From Octopus vulgaris (taxonomy: Eukaryota), in assembly GCA_951406725.2 (NCBI GenBank), contig OX597816.1, forward strand, positions 178,312,001-178,376,000: DNA of 64,000 bases, read 5' to 3'. The notes below the pieces were generated by a model. That model did no database searches. It had not been told where the DNA came from and worked only from the letters and a program-made list of their open reading frames with translations. Positions within the stretch are counted from its first letter, which is position 1; each line of letters starts with the position of its first letter. Positions 25,662 through 39,699 of the stretch are shown one piece after another. Both the position numbers and the translations under genes were made by a program.

Positions 25662-28600
25662 TTAAACAGCTCTTCTTCTTCCATTTGCCTTCAAATGTAC
25701 AGGGGATTCTTGCCCCTATGATGGAGGTTAGTACAGTCAATCAGCTGGCTTCTTCAGCTGATAAGATACTGGAATACACTGAGATAGAGTTGCTGATGAC
25801 AGAATTGCTGCTGTTTCTTCTTCTCTTGTTACAGTAGCAGCTACTACTTAAGAGCCTAATTCTGCAACTTTACAGGCCATCCTGGATTTAACCAAAGAAG
25901 TGAAGAGATTATGTGCTACTCAAAATTCTTATCAACGTTGACAAAGATCAATCGGTTGTTTGTCGTCCCCTAGGTGACATTCTCCTGCCTTTTCATCAAC
26001 CTTAAGTTGGTATCACCAATATTTTGTTGAAGTTACTTGTAGATGCATAAAACCTGGTGTTTATATGTGTGTCAGGGAAACTCCACTGTGGGATACTGAG
26101 CACAACAGCTGCTCCCAGTGCACATAACCATAACTGTGCGTTTTTTGGAGAGGACCTCTCATCACAAACTTTTCCTTGTGGATTCAGGTGCTGCCTGCAG
26201 TATTTGGCTGGTAAAATTCATTAAGGATAAACCTTCTCTTTCTGCAATTACCCTGCAAGCAGTGACCTATTCACCTATTCAAACATTTAATCAAATCTTG
26301 CTTTCTTTGGATCTGGATTTACAGCATGATTTTAAATGGGTTTTCATCATAGCTGACCTTACCCAATTTTAGGTGCGGTTTTTCTCCACCATTACTCACT
26401 TTTAGTGGATGTTTGTAAGCAGCATCCTTTGGATAGCTCTACGAAGCTTTTTATTCCAGTTGTCGAGTTTCTTTTGGTGAGTACTTTATACAATCTTTCA
26501 CACCCTGGAGTTTTGGCCTCAGTAAAGCTCATAAAGGCTACATTCTTCTGGCCAATTTTATTCTTGGCAGGAATTCAAATACTCCATCAGTTAGCCAAAC
26601 ATTTTTTATCATAGCATCTGGAGACTTATATCAGTCACTTTTGGACTCTTTCCCAGAGCTCATCAACCTGAATTTTTTAGCAAGTAATCCTACTCACTCT
26701 ACAAAACATTTCATTTCTACAACTGGTGCTCCTGTGTTTTCACATCCTCATCATCTGCCTCTGGAAAAACTAAAGGCAGCAAAGGCTGAGTTTGAATGCC
26801 TCAACTTGGAATTATCCACCCTTCAACAAGCACATGGGCCTCATCCCTGTACATGGTCCCTAAGGGCTCTGGTGATTGGAGACCTACAGGAGATTTTAGA
26901 CATCTCAATTCTTTGAAGGTTCCCGCTAAATACCCTATCTGTAATCTCCAGGATTTTGCTTCCTCTCTCCATGGATGTACAGTGTTTTCTAAGCTTGATC
27001 TTGTTTGAGCTTATCACCAGATTCCTGTTAACCAAGTGGACATTCCCAAAACTGCAATAACAACTCTATTCAACTCTTTCAAATTCTTGTCTTTGCCATT
27101 TGGCCTTTGCCATTCTGCCAGCACATTTCAACAGTTCATTGAGAAAGGCATTCGTGGACTGGACTTCATCTATGCTACATCAATGATCTCTTAATTGCCA
27201 GTTCTTCTACTAAAGAACATATTCAACATTTAAAGCTGCTCTTCCAACGTCTTCAGAACTTTCAGGTACAGATTAAGCTTCTTACTTTTTCCCTGCTTTC
27301 CAAGCTGGAAACCAAGACAAACTCAACAACTGGATTTTATATTGCAGTTCACCAACAATATTCAATACATCTCCGGTGCTCAAAACACTGCTGCAGATGC
27401 TTTGTCCTATCTGCCAATCAATTCATTGGTATCCACTCTAAGGATAGACCTGAATGTTTTGTCCTCAGATCAACCTCCTCTGGACTTACTGGACACATTT
27501 TCTCCTGAATTTATAACATGCAAATTCAAGTCGCTGCCTCCACTAAATTCTGACAGGCAGATTTTGTGTGACGTCTCAAACATCTCGATGGATTTGCCTC
27601 ATCCTTTCGTTCCAGGAACCCATCATCAAGCTGTATTTGAAACTTTACACAATCTTTCACACTCTGGAGTTTTGGCCTCAGTAAAGCTTATAAAGGCTAG
27701 ATTCTTCTGGCCAAATATGAAACAAGACATTACTGCATAGACTCGATCTTGCCCCCCCCCCCCACCATTGCCAGAAGTCAAAGCCACACAAGCACATTCG
27801 TGCCCTTCTCAGAACTTTTAGTACTCCAGATGCATGTTTTCACTACATACATATCAATCTCATGGGACCCTGGTCTGTCAGTCAGGGATTTACATACATC
27901 TTGACTTGTACTGACTACTTCTTCTGATGGCCTGAAGTGATTCCATTAAGTGACATTATTGCTGAATCTGTAGTGCGAGCCCTGGTGTCAGGATGGATAT
28001 TGCGCTATGACGTTCCTACCACCATTACCATGGACAGGGTCAGCTATTTGAATCCCATCTCTTTGTGGAACTCTCCAAAGTCATTGGTGATTAACAAATT
28101 CATACAACCAGCTATCATCCAACATCTAACAGAATTGTAAAGCATTTCCTATGCCAGCTGAAAGCTGCATTTTATACTTACCCCGACACTCAGCACTAGA
28201 GCAACTACTTCCCCATAGTACTCCTCGGCATCCAGACTTTGGTTAAGAAAGACCTGGGATACTCCCCAGCTGAACTATTGTACAGTGCTCCTTAGTCAGG
28301 GGAGATGCTTGCCTCAGTCAACCTTGCCACTCAACATCCAGCACTTTATATTAACCACCTGCATGCGTATTTTCAAGAACTACCACCAATGAGTGCTCTA
28401 CATCAAACAGTAAAATCTGTGGTCCTCAGAGACATTGCCTCATGGACCTACATTTTTGTACAAAATAATGCAGTGAGAAACCCTCTCACCCCACCTTATT
28501 CAGGAGCTTATCGCGTGCTGGCATACTCTGATAAACATTTTACCATTGATTTTAATGGTACTAAAGACAGTTTTTGTAGATAGACTTAAAGGGGCTTATA

Positions 28601-30269
28601 CAGATGCTCACACCTCAGAGCCACACACACACCCTACCCACACTGTTCCACACACACCTTACCCACCTCCAAAACATATGTCATGACAACCCACAGTGGT
28701 TGTCATGTCCATTGGCCCAAGAAACAGTGTAAAACTATTTACATATCAATTGGCCCCTACTCTCTGGTATTCTATTGTATTTTTTCCCTGCTCAGTGCAT
28801 TTAGGTTGTTTTCTTTTTCAGGTATTTGCATGTTCGTTAACTTTCCTTTGCCCTTGTCTAGTTTTGCATGTCACTTGTTACCTTTTAATTTTTCAGGACT
28901 TTTTTCTATCTATGTATATATTTTTGTGAACGTTCCATATATTATTTGTAAAAGATTTTTCCACATTCAAACACACATACTTTTTACAATTTTGAACATT
29001 ATTTTTATTTTGTTGGTCTTGAGAGGAATATTTTGCGTTACAGTTGTTATTTTGCACTGATTTTCAATCTGCTAGCACTATGTTGCTGTGGCAGCATAGC
29101 ACAATCGTGCTAGGCCCATTTTATCAAATTACTGCTGGCTGCAGAAGGATACATGTAGCAACTTCCACCCAGTGGTGAAGCACGTCAGTTTTGAAAGACA
29201 AAAAGTCAGTTGCTGATTGCTCATCCAGATGACAAGACACATTGCTGATTTAATGCCAATAAGAAAACATCATTTTCCATTGCTATGGGATTGCTACCTC
29301 ACTTCACAACTAAACTATGCAACTCATTCGATATTTTGCACCAGTTACATCTTGCAGCTCTCAATTACCGAATCTAAATACCTCAAACGTTATGGAGAAA
29401 TTAACTTATGTCACACATTACACCCTGTTTGACTTGAATGCTTAATTACCCTGTGACGTGTTTTCTATTATCACATGTGTGATCAAGGAATCGATTGTTA
29501 TTTTTATTAATGAAAGAATATTGCCTTTTAATATTCGTCTTTACATTCATACATTACTGGAAGTCTTCTTACACACAATCCATATACTTCCCAAAAGGTT
29601 AATGCCATGAAAATTGGGCTAAACACTAATCCACCATAACACTATCATAATCATCATCATTGATTTAATGTCCACTTTTCCATGTTTGCATGGGTCCAGT
29701 GATAATGGGTGATAAAAATGGAAATTTTAAATCAAATAAATATAATAAATCAAATTCTGAATCAGAAGCAGCTCTAATAATGTAAACATTACCGATGTCA
29801 CATATTTAATGTTTGGGTTTTGGTTATGTGCTTATTGACAGCAGGATTTATCCAGGGAGAAGTCCTTTGAAGACAGTTGCTTCTAATGCAAAATTGAATT
29901 TTGTTTCACTTGTGCAACATTTTTGCACATCAGCAGATAAATTTGACACTATCTGCATAGACACCTCAGACCAGCAATTCAAATTCACTTCAAGGTGACT
30001 TGGAGATATGATGCTGACATGCTGAAATAACAGTGAAATATCAATATCCACTGTTCTTGATCAACAACAGGACAATTCATTTCATTTGGTTAGGGATATA
30101 TTTTTAACATTTGACATCTTAAAGGGACTTTTACCTAGACAAATCCCGCAGCCAATAAGCACATGAAGAAAACATGTGTTAAGTATGCAACTTCAGTAAT
30201 ATAATAATTTTAATATTAAAAAGGCTAAAAACATCTCTATTCATTGCAAGAATATTAGTTCATACATGC

Positions 30270-30551
30270 CTCTTGAAGTTGTCCAACAGCATGAAGAATA
30301 AGAGTTTCCTCATCAAGATATATTGGTTCACCAATTTCCTTATATGGCAAATGTACTGGGCAATAAAAGCCTTGACTGGAAAGTTGTTGTTGCCGTCGAG
30401 TGTAATTAGCTTTGCGAATTTCATCACGAGTTGGAATTGTTGCATTATATATAGTAGAACTTCGAGCTTGTATTTTAACACCTTTGTGATTAGCAGTTGG
30501 TATAGGTATGCATTTCACATAGTTTCGAGGATCACCGCTTGCAACAGGCAT
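30270..30551 (-). CDS. CCDC60: CCDC60 homolog, first coding exon (MPVASGDPRNYVK...LHAVGQLQE)
   Basis: Non-repetitive ORF. Acceptor ttttgcag at 30565-30572 is followed by 13 nt of UTR and the ATG. A donor GAG|gcatgt after codon 94 gives phase 0, matching the next exon; the nearby GT donor at 30265 gives phase 1. Confidence 0.75.
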
Positions 30552-32594
30552 TGTACTTGTTTATCTGCAAAATATGAAAAACATTGTCAACATTAACATT
30601 TTAGTGTATCTTTTTTCTTTTCTATTCCAGTCTGTCATGAAATAGACAGATTTCCCATGCAATATATTAGTTTCAAATTTTTGGCATGAGGCCAGTAATT
30701 TTAAATGTTGAGTAAATAAATCGATTGCATTGACCCCGAACTTTAACTGGAATTTATTTTATCAACCCCAAAAGAATGAAAGCAAAGTCAATCTCAACAT
30801 TATTTGAACTCATGACATTAAAATGGACAAAATGCTAAGCATTTTATCTGGCATGCTAACAATTCAACCATCTTAATCATTCATCACTTCTTATAAAACC
30901 CACTGTTTCTACTTTTGCTATGTCTTCTGCCTCCACAGGTACACCTCACTAATAGTATACAGTAATTATTTTTCCCCATACCACTCAACAAACATTTGCA
31001 CCACGTTTATACTGGTGCAGTTGTTTCTCTTACACAGTTTTGTTGCCTTTTTAATGCTCAACTGTGTTCTCAACTCATTTATGTTCTTTTTCTTTTGCAA
31101 ATTCACATTACACAATTCAAATAAATCCTACCATGCTTCTCGTCAGTCTCAGCAGAACTACAACAGTCAATATCCATCTCTAACAACCCAGCAGCATCAC
31201 TCTCATAATTAACATGCTTAGAAGGAAAGTATGCCTCTTGTTAGCAAGGGACAACTGCCAATCAGGTAATAAAAATGTTTAGATAATTTTACAGCTGTGT
31301 GTTCCTAAAGAATAACCTTCTATGAATGACTAACCCAGCTAGTCACAAGCGACATAGAAGAAGAATAGGACTGTGGCTATAGGCTAAGGCTATCACAACT
31401 GAACAAGTTTAGAAGAAGTAAAAGAAAGCAGTTAGTAAGGAGGAATATCAATAACAAAAACACCTGGTGTATCTACCAGGAGAGAAGCTGATAGTAGGGG
31501 AAACGCTAAATGCTGAATTGTGAGGATGCCAGGTGTAGAGTGTTCTGAATGACAAAGAAATGTTATTTGGAAATAAGGGTTTTTAAAAATAAAACTTACA
31601 TACTTGTCCAGAAAGACAGGATGAAAAAAAGAGAGGTATAAAGGTTTTTGAAAGGTTTGACTGAGGAGTATGTATGAGATAGTAAGAGATTATCTGAAGG
31701 TATAATAAACAAAGGGGTAATGAATTCAAGGAAAACAGCAATCCCACCAAGAATAACAACAGAGATGTAGAAGGCTTTGTAGGTGATGTACTAGTTTCTG
31801 GGGCTTGTAACACTCACTTCCAACATCTTCCAACAAGAATTTCTCCAACACATATTCTGGTAACTGAATTTATACTATGGATATAGTTATGCTCCTCAAA
31901 ACATTTGCGTCTGTACATTAATAATCTACTTGCTGTTACTTCTAAATACCCACTCCTATGTAGATGACACCATTCATCACTCTTTCTTAACCTTCCATAC
32001 ATAGATGTTATGTATACACAACTAGACATTTCATTTCAGATTTGCACCATTTCAATGAACCGCAAAAGCATTCACTAAACCAACTTCTCCTTCTTACTTC
32101 TAAACCTCAGATTAAATACTTTCTTCAATCCAAAACCACAACTCTCTAATATCTATCCCTGTACGTTTTTTTTGTTTTTTTCCTCTACAAGTATCAACTT
32201 ATAGAAATCGACTGTCCTCCTCAACCTGGGAGGACCTACAAAGTTCATAAGCAATTTTTCCTTAACTCTTAAGGAAAAAATTAATACAGAGTTGCAAACA
32301 AAGCATCCAGCAAAGCAAACAACACTCAACACATTTTTCATTCAATGACATTGTTTATGTTTTCATTCATGTATTTGCATATGTATGTATTTTAATAAAG
32401 ACATGTTTAAGCAATTGGCAAATTTTGTTCCTTCAGTTAATAAGTCCCTCGTTTAATAAATCCCAAATAAGTGGTCCCAAGATGGATTTATAAAGCAGGG
32501 AGCTCTGTATGACAAAAGTTAGTTTGGCACCTTGTTTGGTAGGAATTTTGTTCATTAGTTCTAAATAAGTTTGTTGTCTGCTAGAAACTTTGTT

Positions 32595-32937
32595 ACCTAT
32601 TTCTTTACTACCCACAAGGGGCTAAACATAGAGGGGACAAACAAGGACAGACATAGGTATTAAGTCGATTACATCGACCCCAGTGCGTAACTGGTACTTA
32701 ATTTATCGACCCCGAAAGGATGAAAGGCAAAGTCGACCTCGGCGGAATTTGAACTCAGAATGTAACGGCAGACGAAATACCTATTTATTTACTACCCTCA
32801 AGGAGGATTAACAAGGACAGACAAACGGATTAAGTAGATTATATCAACCCCAGTGCGTAACTGGTACTTATTTAATCGAGCCCGAAACCACTAAGCAATT
32901 CGCCCGGCGTGCTAACGTTTCTGCCAGTTCACCACCT
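32595..32937 (-). mobile_element. SINE family C with duplicated body
   Basis: Two tandem copies of the Nin-like domain and tail on the minus strand. Confidence 0.8.
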
Positions 32938-33414
32938 TGTTACCATTTATATTTCATCTTGAACACCAATTGCAATATTGAATGTTGCTTACCGTATTAT
33001 CTATTTAGTAATTTAGGTCACATAATTAGATGATTATCTATGTCTTCACTTGAATATGCTTGAAAAATATAGCTTGCTATTTTCTTTTTGGTAATCTCGT
33101 GTATTTACCAACTATCAACACTTAATCCTGTTCACAATACTATTCTATGTACATAAAGAATGACAGCAGTCTCTTGAAATAAAGAATGATTGTCCTTCAG
33201 GTTAAAATTTGTGACCAAGTTCATTAGTGCAGGATCCACAAATCTGGTTTCAGACAGTGATTGTGGTCTCGGGGAAGAACAGACATTTCATGCTGCTTCA
33301 TAAGCTCATGTTTATCGTTGTGATGTTCAACTCATGACGCATCAAAGTACTGGGTTTCATCATAGATGATGTGTCTCCACTTGCATCAGCTATTTGCCAA
33401 TAATTCCTACTTAT

Positions 33415-33818
33415 TCTTTTATTCTTTTACTTGTTTCAGTCATTTGACTGTGGCTATGCTGGAGCACTGCCTCAAAGGGATTTTTAGTTGAACAAATCAG
33501 CCCCAGGACTTCTTTTTAAAGCCTAGTACTTATTCTATTGGTCTCTTTTGCCAAACCACTAAGTTATGGGGATATAAGCACACTAACACCAGTTGTCAAG
33601 CAGTGATGGGGGGGGGGGGCAGACACAACGACATACACACATATATATATATACACGACAGGCTTCTTTCAGCTTCTGTCTACCAAATCCACTCACAAGG
33701 CTTTGGTCAGACTGAGACTACAGTAGAAGACACTTGCCCAAGGTGCTACACAGTGGGACTGAACCCGGTACTATGTGGTTGGGAAGAAAGTTTCTTAGCA
33801 CACAGCCACGCCTGTGCC
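33415..33818 (-). mobile_element. SINE family A, older subfamily
   Basis: Diverged reverse-complement copy. Confidence 0.85.
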
Positions 33819-34449
33819 TACTTGTGTACATTAATAATACAATTTTTCAAATTTACTTTCAAATGTCATTAAAAATGTTTCCTTTCCCCTCCTCAGATGT
33901 ACTTTTCCTTATTCAACCCTTTCATGACCAACCCGGCTGAAACCAGCTCTGGCTCTGAGTAGAAATGTCTTGTTTTCATAAGTTCTGAATTAAAATCTTC
34001 CACTAAGCCTTAGTCACAATTTATGTTCCTAAAACTAGCTGAATGATAACTAAGTTATTTTACTAAATTATTTGTTATATTTAAAGTAATTGAAAGAAAC
34101 ACAGAAAATCTCAAAATAAATACAGTAACAAAATGATCAAGTGGAACGAAAATGTAGGAGATAGAAAATTTCTTGAGCTCACTAATATCTCTTTCTTTCC
34201 TGTCATTGGATACACATGCTTTTCCTCAGACATTCTTGATAGTACATTTCTGGATTATAGAGGTATCATTAGTGTTGCCGACTTAAATTCAGAATTTTAT
34301 GCTAAATTTCAGTAGAAAAAATATTAAAAAATGCTAAAAAAATGCTAAAGACTAATTATATCAAAAAGCTTAATTTTTATTCACATTTTTATTTACTTTC
34401 CTTAATTATATTCAGCATTGAGAAATAATTTCTTGAATTTCACTGATTT

Positions 34450-35100
34450 GATCATGGTCAGCTGCAGTTCCTAGGTTTTGACTTCTGTATACATTCAAGG
34501 TCCCAATCTTGTTAATTATGTGTTTTGGAATATTGAAGTTTTTGCAACGTTTGCCATATCTTCTCAGGCCATAATTTTAAAGACAGTATTGATCTAAGCA
34601 TAGGATTTGTTTTTCAATTTTTATTTGCTTACACCCATACTACTGAACAACCGTTCAACTTCTGCATTTGAGTTTGGCAATGCCAATAGATTAATGGCAA
34701 AATTTGCAACATCTGTAAAAGGATTTCCTCCAGTAGCATCTTTATATTCCAAGACTTCCAACCAGAATGCCTCAGTATTTGTCCATTTAACTAAAGGAAT
34801 AATATTAAACTGAATTTCAGTTGAAGCAATTTTTTCTTCATTTAAATGCATTGCATCTAAGACAGGTAAAATTGGCTCTTTGAAATGCTGCGAAATATTC
34901 TTTACTGAAAAACATTTGATATTCCTCAGTATAAATCCTTAAAAAATGTTTTAGCCCGAAGGCCGCGGCCATGCTGGGGCACCACCGCTGGATACCCAGT
35001 ATATTAATATTTCCTGGCAAACGGTGCTTAAGCTCTTTATAAAGGCAGAGTAAAAATTGTGCTCTTTTGCGAATATTATTTTCTTCAGTGGCTGTCACAG
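34450..35100 (-). pseudogene. hAT transposase C-terminal (dimerization domain) remnant
   Basis: ORF 34621-34851: FWLEVLEYKDATGGNPFTDVANFAINLLALPNSNAEVERLFSSM, a hATC-type motif; upstream frames are broken. Confidence 0.8.
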
Positions 35101-36142
35101 TCTTGAAAAGACATAAAAGGAGAAATAAATATATACATACACATACAAATACACACACACACACACATATTTCATGCATTAGGTAGGGTGTATTCCTGCA
35201 GTGGTTCGTATTGTCCTTGCATAATAAATGTACACATATACATAAATACATGATGTGTCTATAGTTGAGGGCCTGAAATCATGGTTCCCATTAGAGGGTG
35301 AAAGTTTATATTAAGTTATGATACCAGTTGGTACTAAATTAGTAAATGCATTAAATCTCCAGGCAGTTACCAAGATACTGTATTAGCTTCCATTATTTCT
35401 TCCGTTATTTTATAGTTAACAAGTTGCTGAATCCCTATTGATAACAGGGAGGGGGTTGTGGTCCTTCACGTAATCTAATTGGTCAGCTAATTTTTTTGAA
35501 AGGCCATGATGCTGCTATGGTTGGTTAGTGGTTAACAGATAACATAAACAAACTATATAAAAAAATTATATATATGCACGAAAACATAGAAACAAATAAT
35601 TCATAGTTAACAATGGGTAGGCAGGAGAGTAAAAACTGATGCTGAGACTGGATTCGATTAGATTAAATCAAATTAAGAATTATAGAAGTAAAAAGTTGAT
35701 GAGCATACAGGTTAGTGAGTATAATATAATAGGTTAGAGTGATATGACTAAGGGGATGTGGTTTTACTAGATTGTTTATGAGAAATGAGGTATTACAAAG
35801 GTATAAAACCGTACATGATAAATGTGAAATATGTATCCGTCTGATTAGGGGGATTAAATGTGCATTTACTAAATATAGACTTAATATAATGTCTAACAGC
35901 TGATGAATACTACTGCTGGATTGTCTCCATTTTCTTCTTGACATATAAATTAAAACCACTTATTACCTTTGCCTAATTATTATACTCAGTAGTGTAATTG
36001 CCAAGCAATATCCAGCACTTGTGTATTAATTGGGTATTCTACCAGCAGTATATTGGATAGATATTATTCCTTAGTGGGTTGGATTCACAACCTCTCTCTT
36101 TGAATTACACACACTCCGACGCAACGACACTCTCTCTCTTCG

Positions 36143-37062
<920 letters not shown>

Positions 37063-37540
37063 GTTATTATGTTTTTTAAAGCCATATTATATCTTAAAAG
37101 ATAAATACATTTTTCTATCTATTTTTTTACCTTAAAAATTAATATTTAACATAATAAATGGGTTGTATGACATAATCCTAATGTTTTAAGTTTCTAATTT
37201 AGATAATAGAGTTTTTTATAAGAAAAATTATTATTCTATTTATTTCTTAAAAAATATTGTTTAACTCTATTTGATTATTTATTTAACTATTATCATTAAC
37301 CTTAAGATTGACTATAATTATAATTTTAATTCGAATTTATAATTGAATTTAAACTTAATTGTAATTCGAATTGAATTATAGCCATGAAACGTACGTAGTG
37401 TTTTTACTTATATTATATTTAACTTTATACTTTTTGGTTAGTAGAAAAAAACATTTTTTTTACATTTTTTAAATTTAAAAATTTTTTAAAAATATAAAAA
37501 TATAATAATTTATAAATATAAATACAAAAATTTCAGCCCC

Positions 37541-39193
37541 CTCCTATTTATCATAGTCCTCCAGGCAATAACGGAGGAATTCAAGACAGGATGCCCCTGG
37601 GAGCTCCTCTATGCTGATGACCTTGCTCTAATTGCTGAGTCACTATAAGAACTAGAGGAGAAGTTTCAGGTATGGAAACAAGGATTAGAATCAAAGGGAC
37701 TTAGAGTCAACGTAGCTAAAACCAAAGTCCTAATAAGTAGGAAGGCAGGCAAACCACAAATCCCTTCAAGTAGATGGCCCTGCTCAATCTGTAGTAGAGG
37801 TGTAGGTAGAAACTCTATAAGATGCACCAAGTGTAAGCTATGGACACATAAGAGGTGCAGTAATATCAAAGGAAGGCTAACTGGGAAGATAGTTTTTGTC
37901 TGTGGCAGATGCTCGGGAGCGATAAACACTGAAAATGCGCAGAGAACAACTTCCGCCACATTCCTGGGAGAAAAACTAGAGGTAGTCGATAGCTTCCTTT
38001 ACCTAGGTGACCAAGTCAGTAGCAGGGTAGAGTGCTCTGAAAGTGTAGCTGCTAGAATAAGAATAGCTTGGGCAAAGTTCAGAGAGCTCTTACCCCTGTT
38101 GGTGACAAAGGGCCTCTCGCTCAGAGTAAAAGGTAAACTGTATGACACATGTGTACGAACAGCCATGCTACATGGCAGTGAAACATGGGCTGTGACTGCT
38201 GAGGACATGCGTAAGCTCACAAGGAATGAAGCCAGTATGCTCCGATGAATGTGTAATGTCAGTGTGCATACTTGACAAAGTGTAAGTACCTTGAGAGAAA
38301 TGTTGGACCTAAGAAGCATCAGATGTGATGTGCAAGAGAGACGACTGTGCTGGTATGGTCATGTGGTGAGAATGGATGAGGATAGGTGTGTGAAAAAGTA
38401 CCACACCCTAGCGGTTGAGGGAACCTGTGGAAGAGGAAGACCTGAGATGAAGTGGTGAAACACAACCTTCGAACTTTAGGCCTCACCAAGGAAATGACTA
38501 GTGACCAAGACCTTTGGAAATATGCTGTGCTTGAGAAGACCCAACAAGCCAAATGAGACCATAACCTCGTGGCTTGTGCCAGGGGCGTAACCAGCCCACT
38601 TGTGCATACTTTTTCTTTCTTTGGACACTAAACTCTGCTTGCGAAGACCTGTTGAGGCAAGTGAAATCGAAATCAAAATCAAAGTGAAATTCAATGACGG
38701 GCACGAGCACCATACGAGCGTGATCGTTGACAGACAGCTAACCAGTGGCACATAAAAGGCACCATTCGAGTGTGATCGTTGCCAGCTTCGCCTTACTAGT
38801 ACTTGTGCCCCGTGCTAGTAGGGTACTAAGAGCACCGTCCGAGCGTGATCGTCGCCAGAGCAGCTAACTGACTTCCATGCCGGTGGCATGTAGGAGGCAC
38901 CATTCAAGCAGGATCGTTACCAGCAGCGCTTTACTGGCACCTGTGCCATTGGCATGTGTAAAAAAAATTCAAGCAAGGTCGTTGCCAGTACCGTCAGACT
39001 GGCCCCCGTGCCGGCGGCACGTAAAAGCACCCACTACACTCTCGGAGTGGTTGGCATCCAGCTGTAGAAACTCTGCCAGATCAAGACTGGAGCCTGGTGC
39101 AGCCATCTGGTTCGCCAGTCCTCAATCAAATCGTCCAACCCATGCTAGCATGGAAAGCGGACATTAAACGACGATGAAGATGACGATGATGAT
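37541..39193 (+). mobile_element. 5'-truncated RTE-clade LINE (RT C-terminal half, 3' UTR, (GAT)n tail)
   Basis: PWELLYADDL, PHD-like C4HC3 segment, ARIRIAWAKFREL, LRWYGHV-like motif; 3' UTR ends CCCATGCTAGCATGGAAAGCGGACATTAAACGACGATG. Confidence 0.9.
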
Positions 39194-39194
39194 A

Positions 39195-39660
39195 TATATA
39201 TCAGTAATAGGCAGGATGTGTGTGTGTGTACGTGAATGTAATTTATGCACATCCACAAACTGGCACGCATGTCACTCCAGTTTTAGGAGGACATTGGTTA
39301 CAACCATGGCTGTGCTTTTGTCAACTTATTTTTCCCAAGGTACCCGTGGATAGCAGTAAAAATCAATTTTCAACCATAACTTTTACTATTTTTGTGTGTG
39401 TGTGTGGGAAAGAGTAACAGTGTACATTTTTTAAATTCATTTTTCTTTGCATCTTTTTTAAATGAGTGAGTGATTGGCTGAGAGAGAGAGGTGTGTGTTG
39501 TCAGAAAGAAAGATAGAAAGTGTGTGTTACTGTGTGTGGGAGACAGAGAGAGAGAGAGAGAGAGATAGCATAAATTTTATTTATTTACTTTTTCTCGCAT
39601 TTTTTTTAGTGTGTGTTTGACTCAGAGAGAGAGAAAGAGAGACGTTACGCTATCACTCAC

Positions 39661-39699
<39 letters not shown>

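Larger units (their letters stand above)
23327..29593 (+). mobile_element. Decayed near-full-length Ty3/Gypsy LTR retrotransposon in CCDC60 intron, antisense to the gene
   Basis: Two diverged ~520-bp direct repeats (about 23327-23867 and 29072-29593). PBS TGGTGACCCGAC at 23870 is complementary to the tRNA-Trp 3' end. Fragments of gag (25150-25950), protease FLVDSGAACSI (26170), RT (WASSLYMVPKGSGDWRP; FSKLDLV), and integrase (LHNLSHSGVLAS...FFWPNMKQDI; TITMDR; LTPPYSGAYRV); many stops and frameshifts. Confidence 0.9.

Noticed and set aside
37063-37540. Possible NUMT (very AT-rich block)
   Set aside because: No recognisable mitochondrial gene, tRNA or rRNA motif by eye; BLAST against the mitogenome would settle it.
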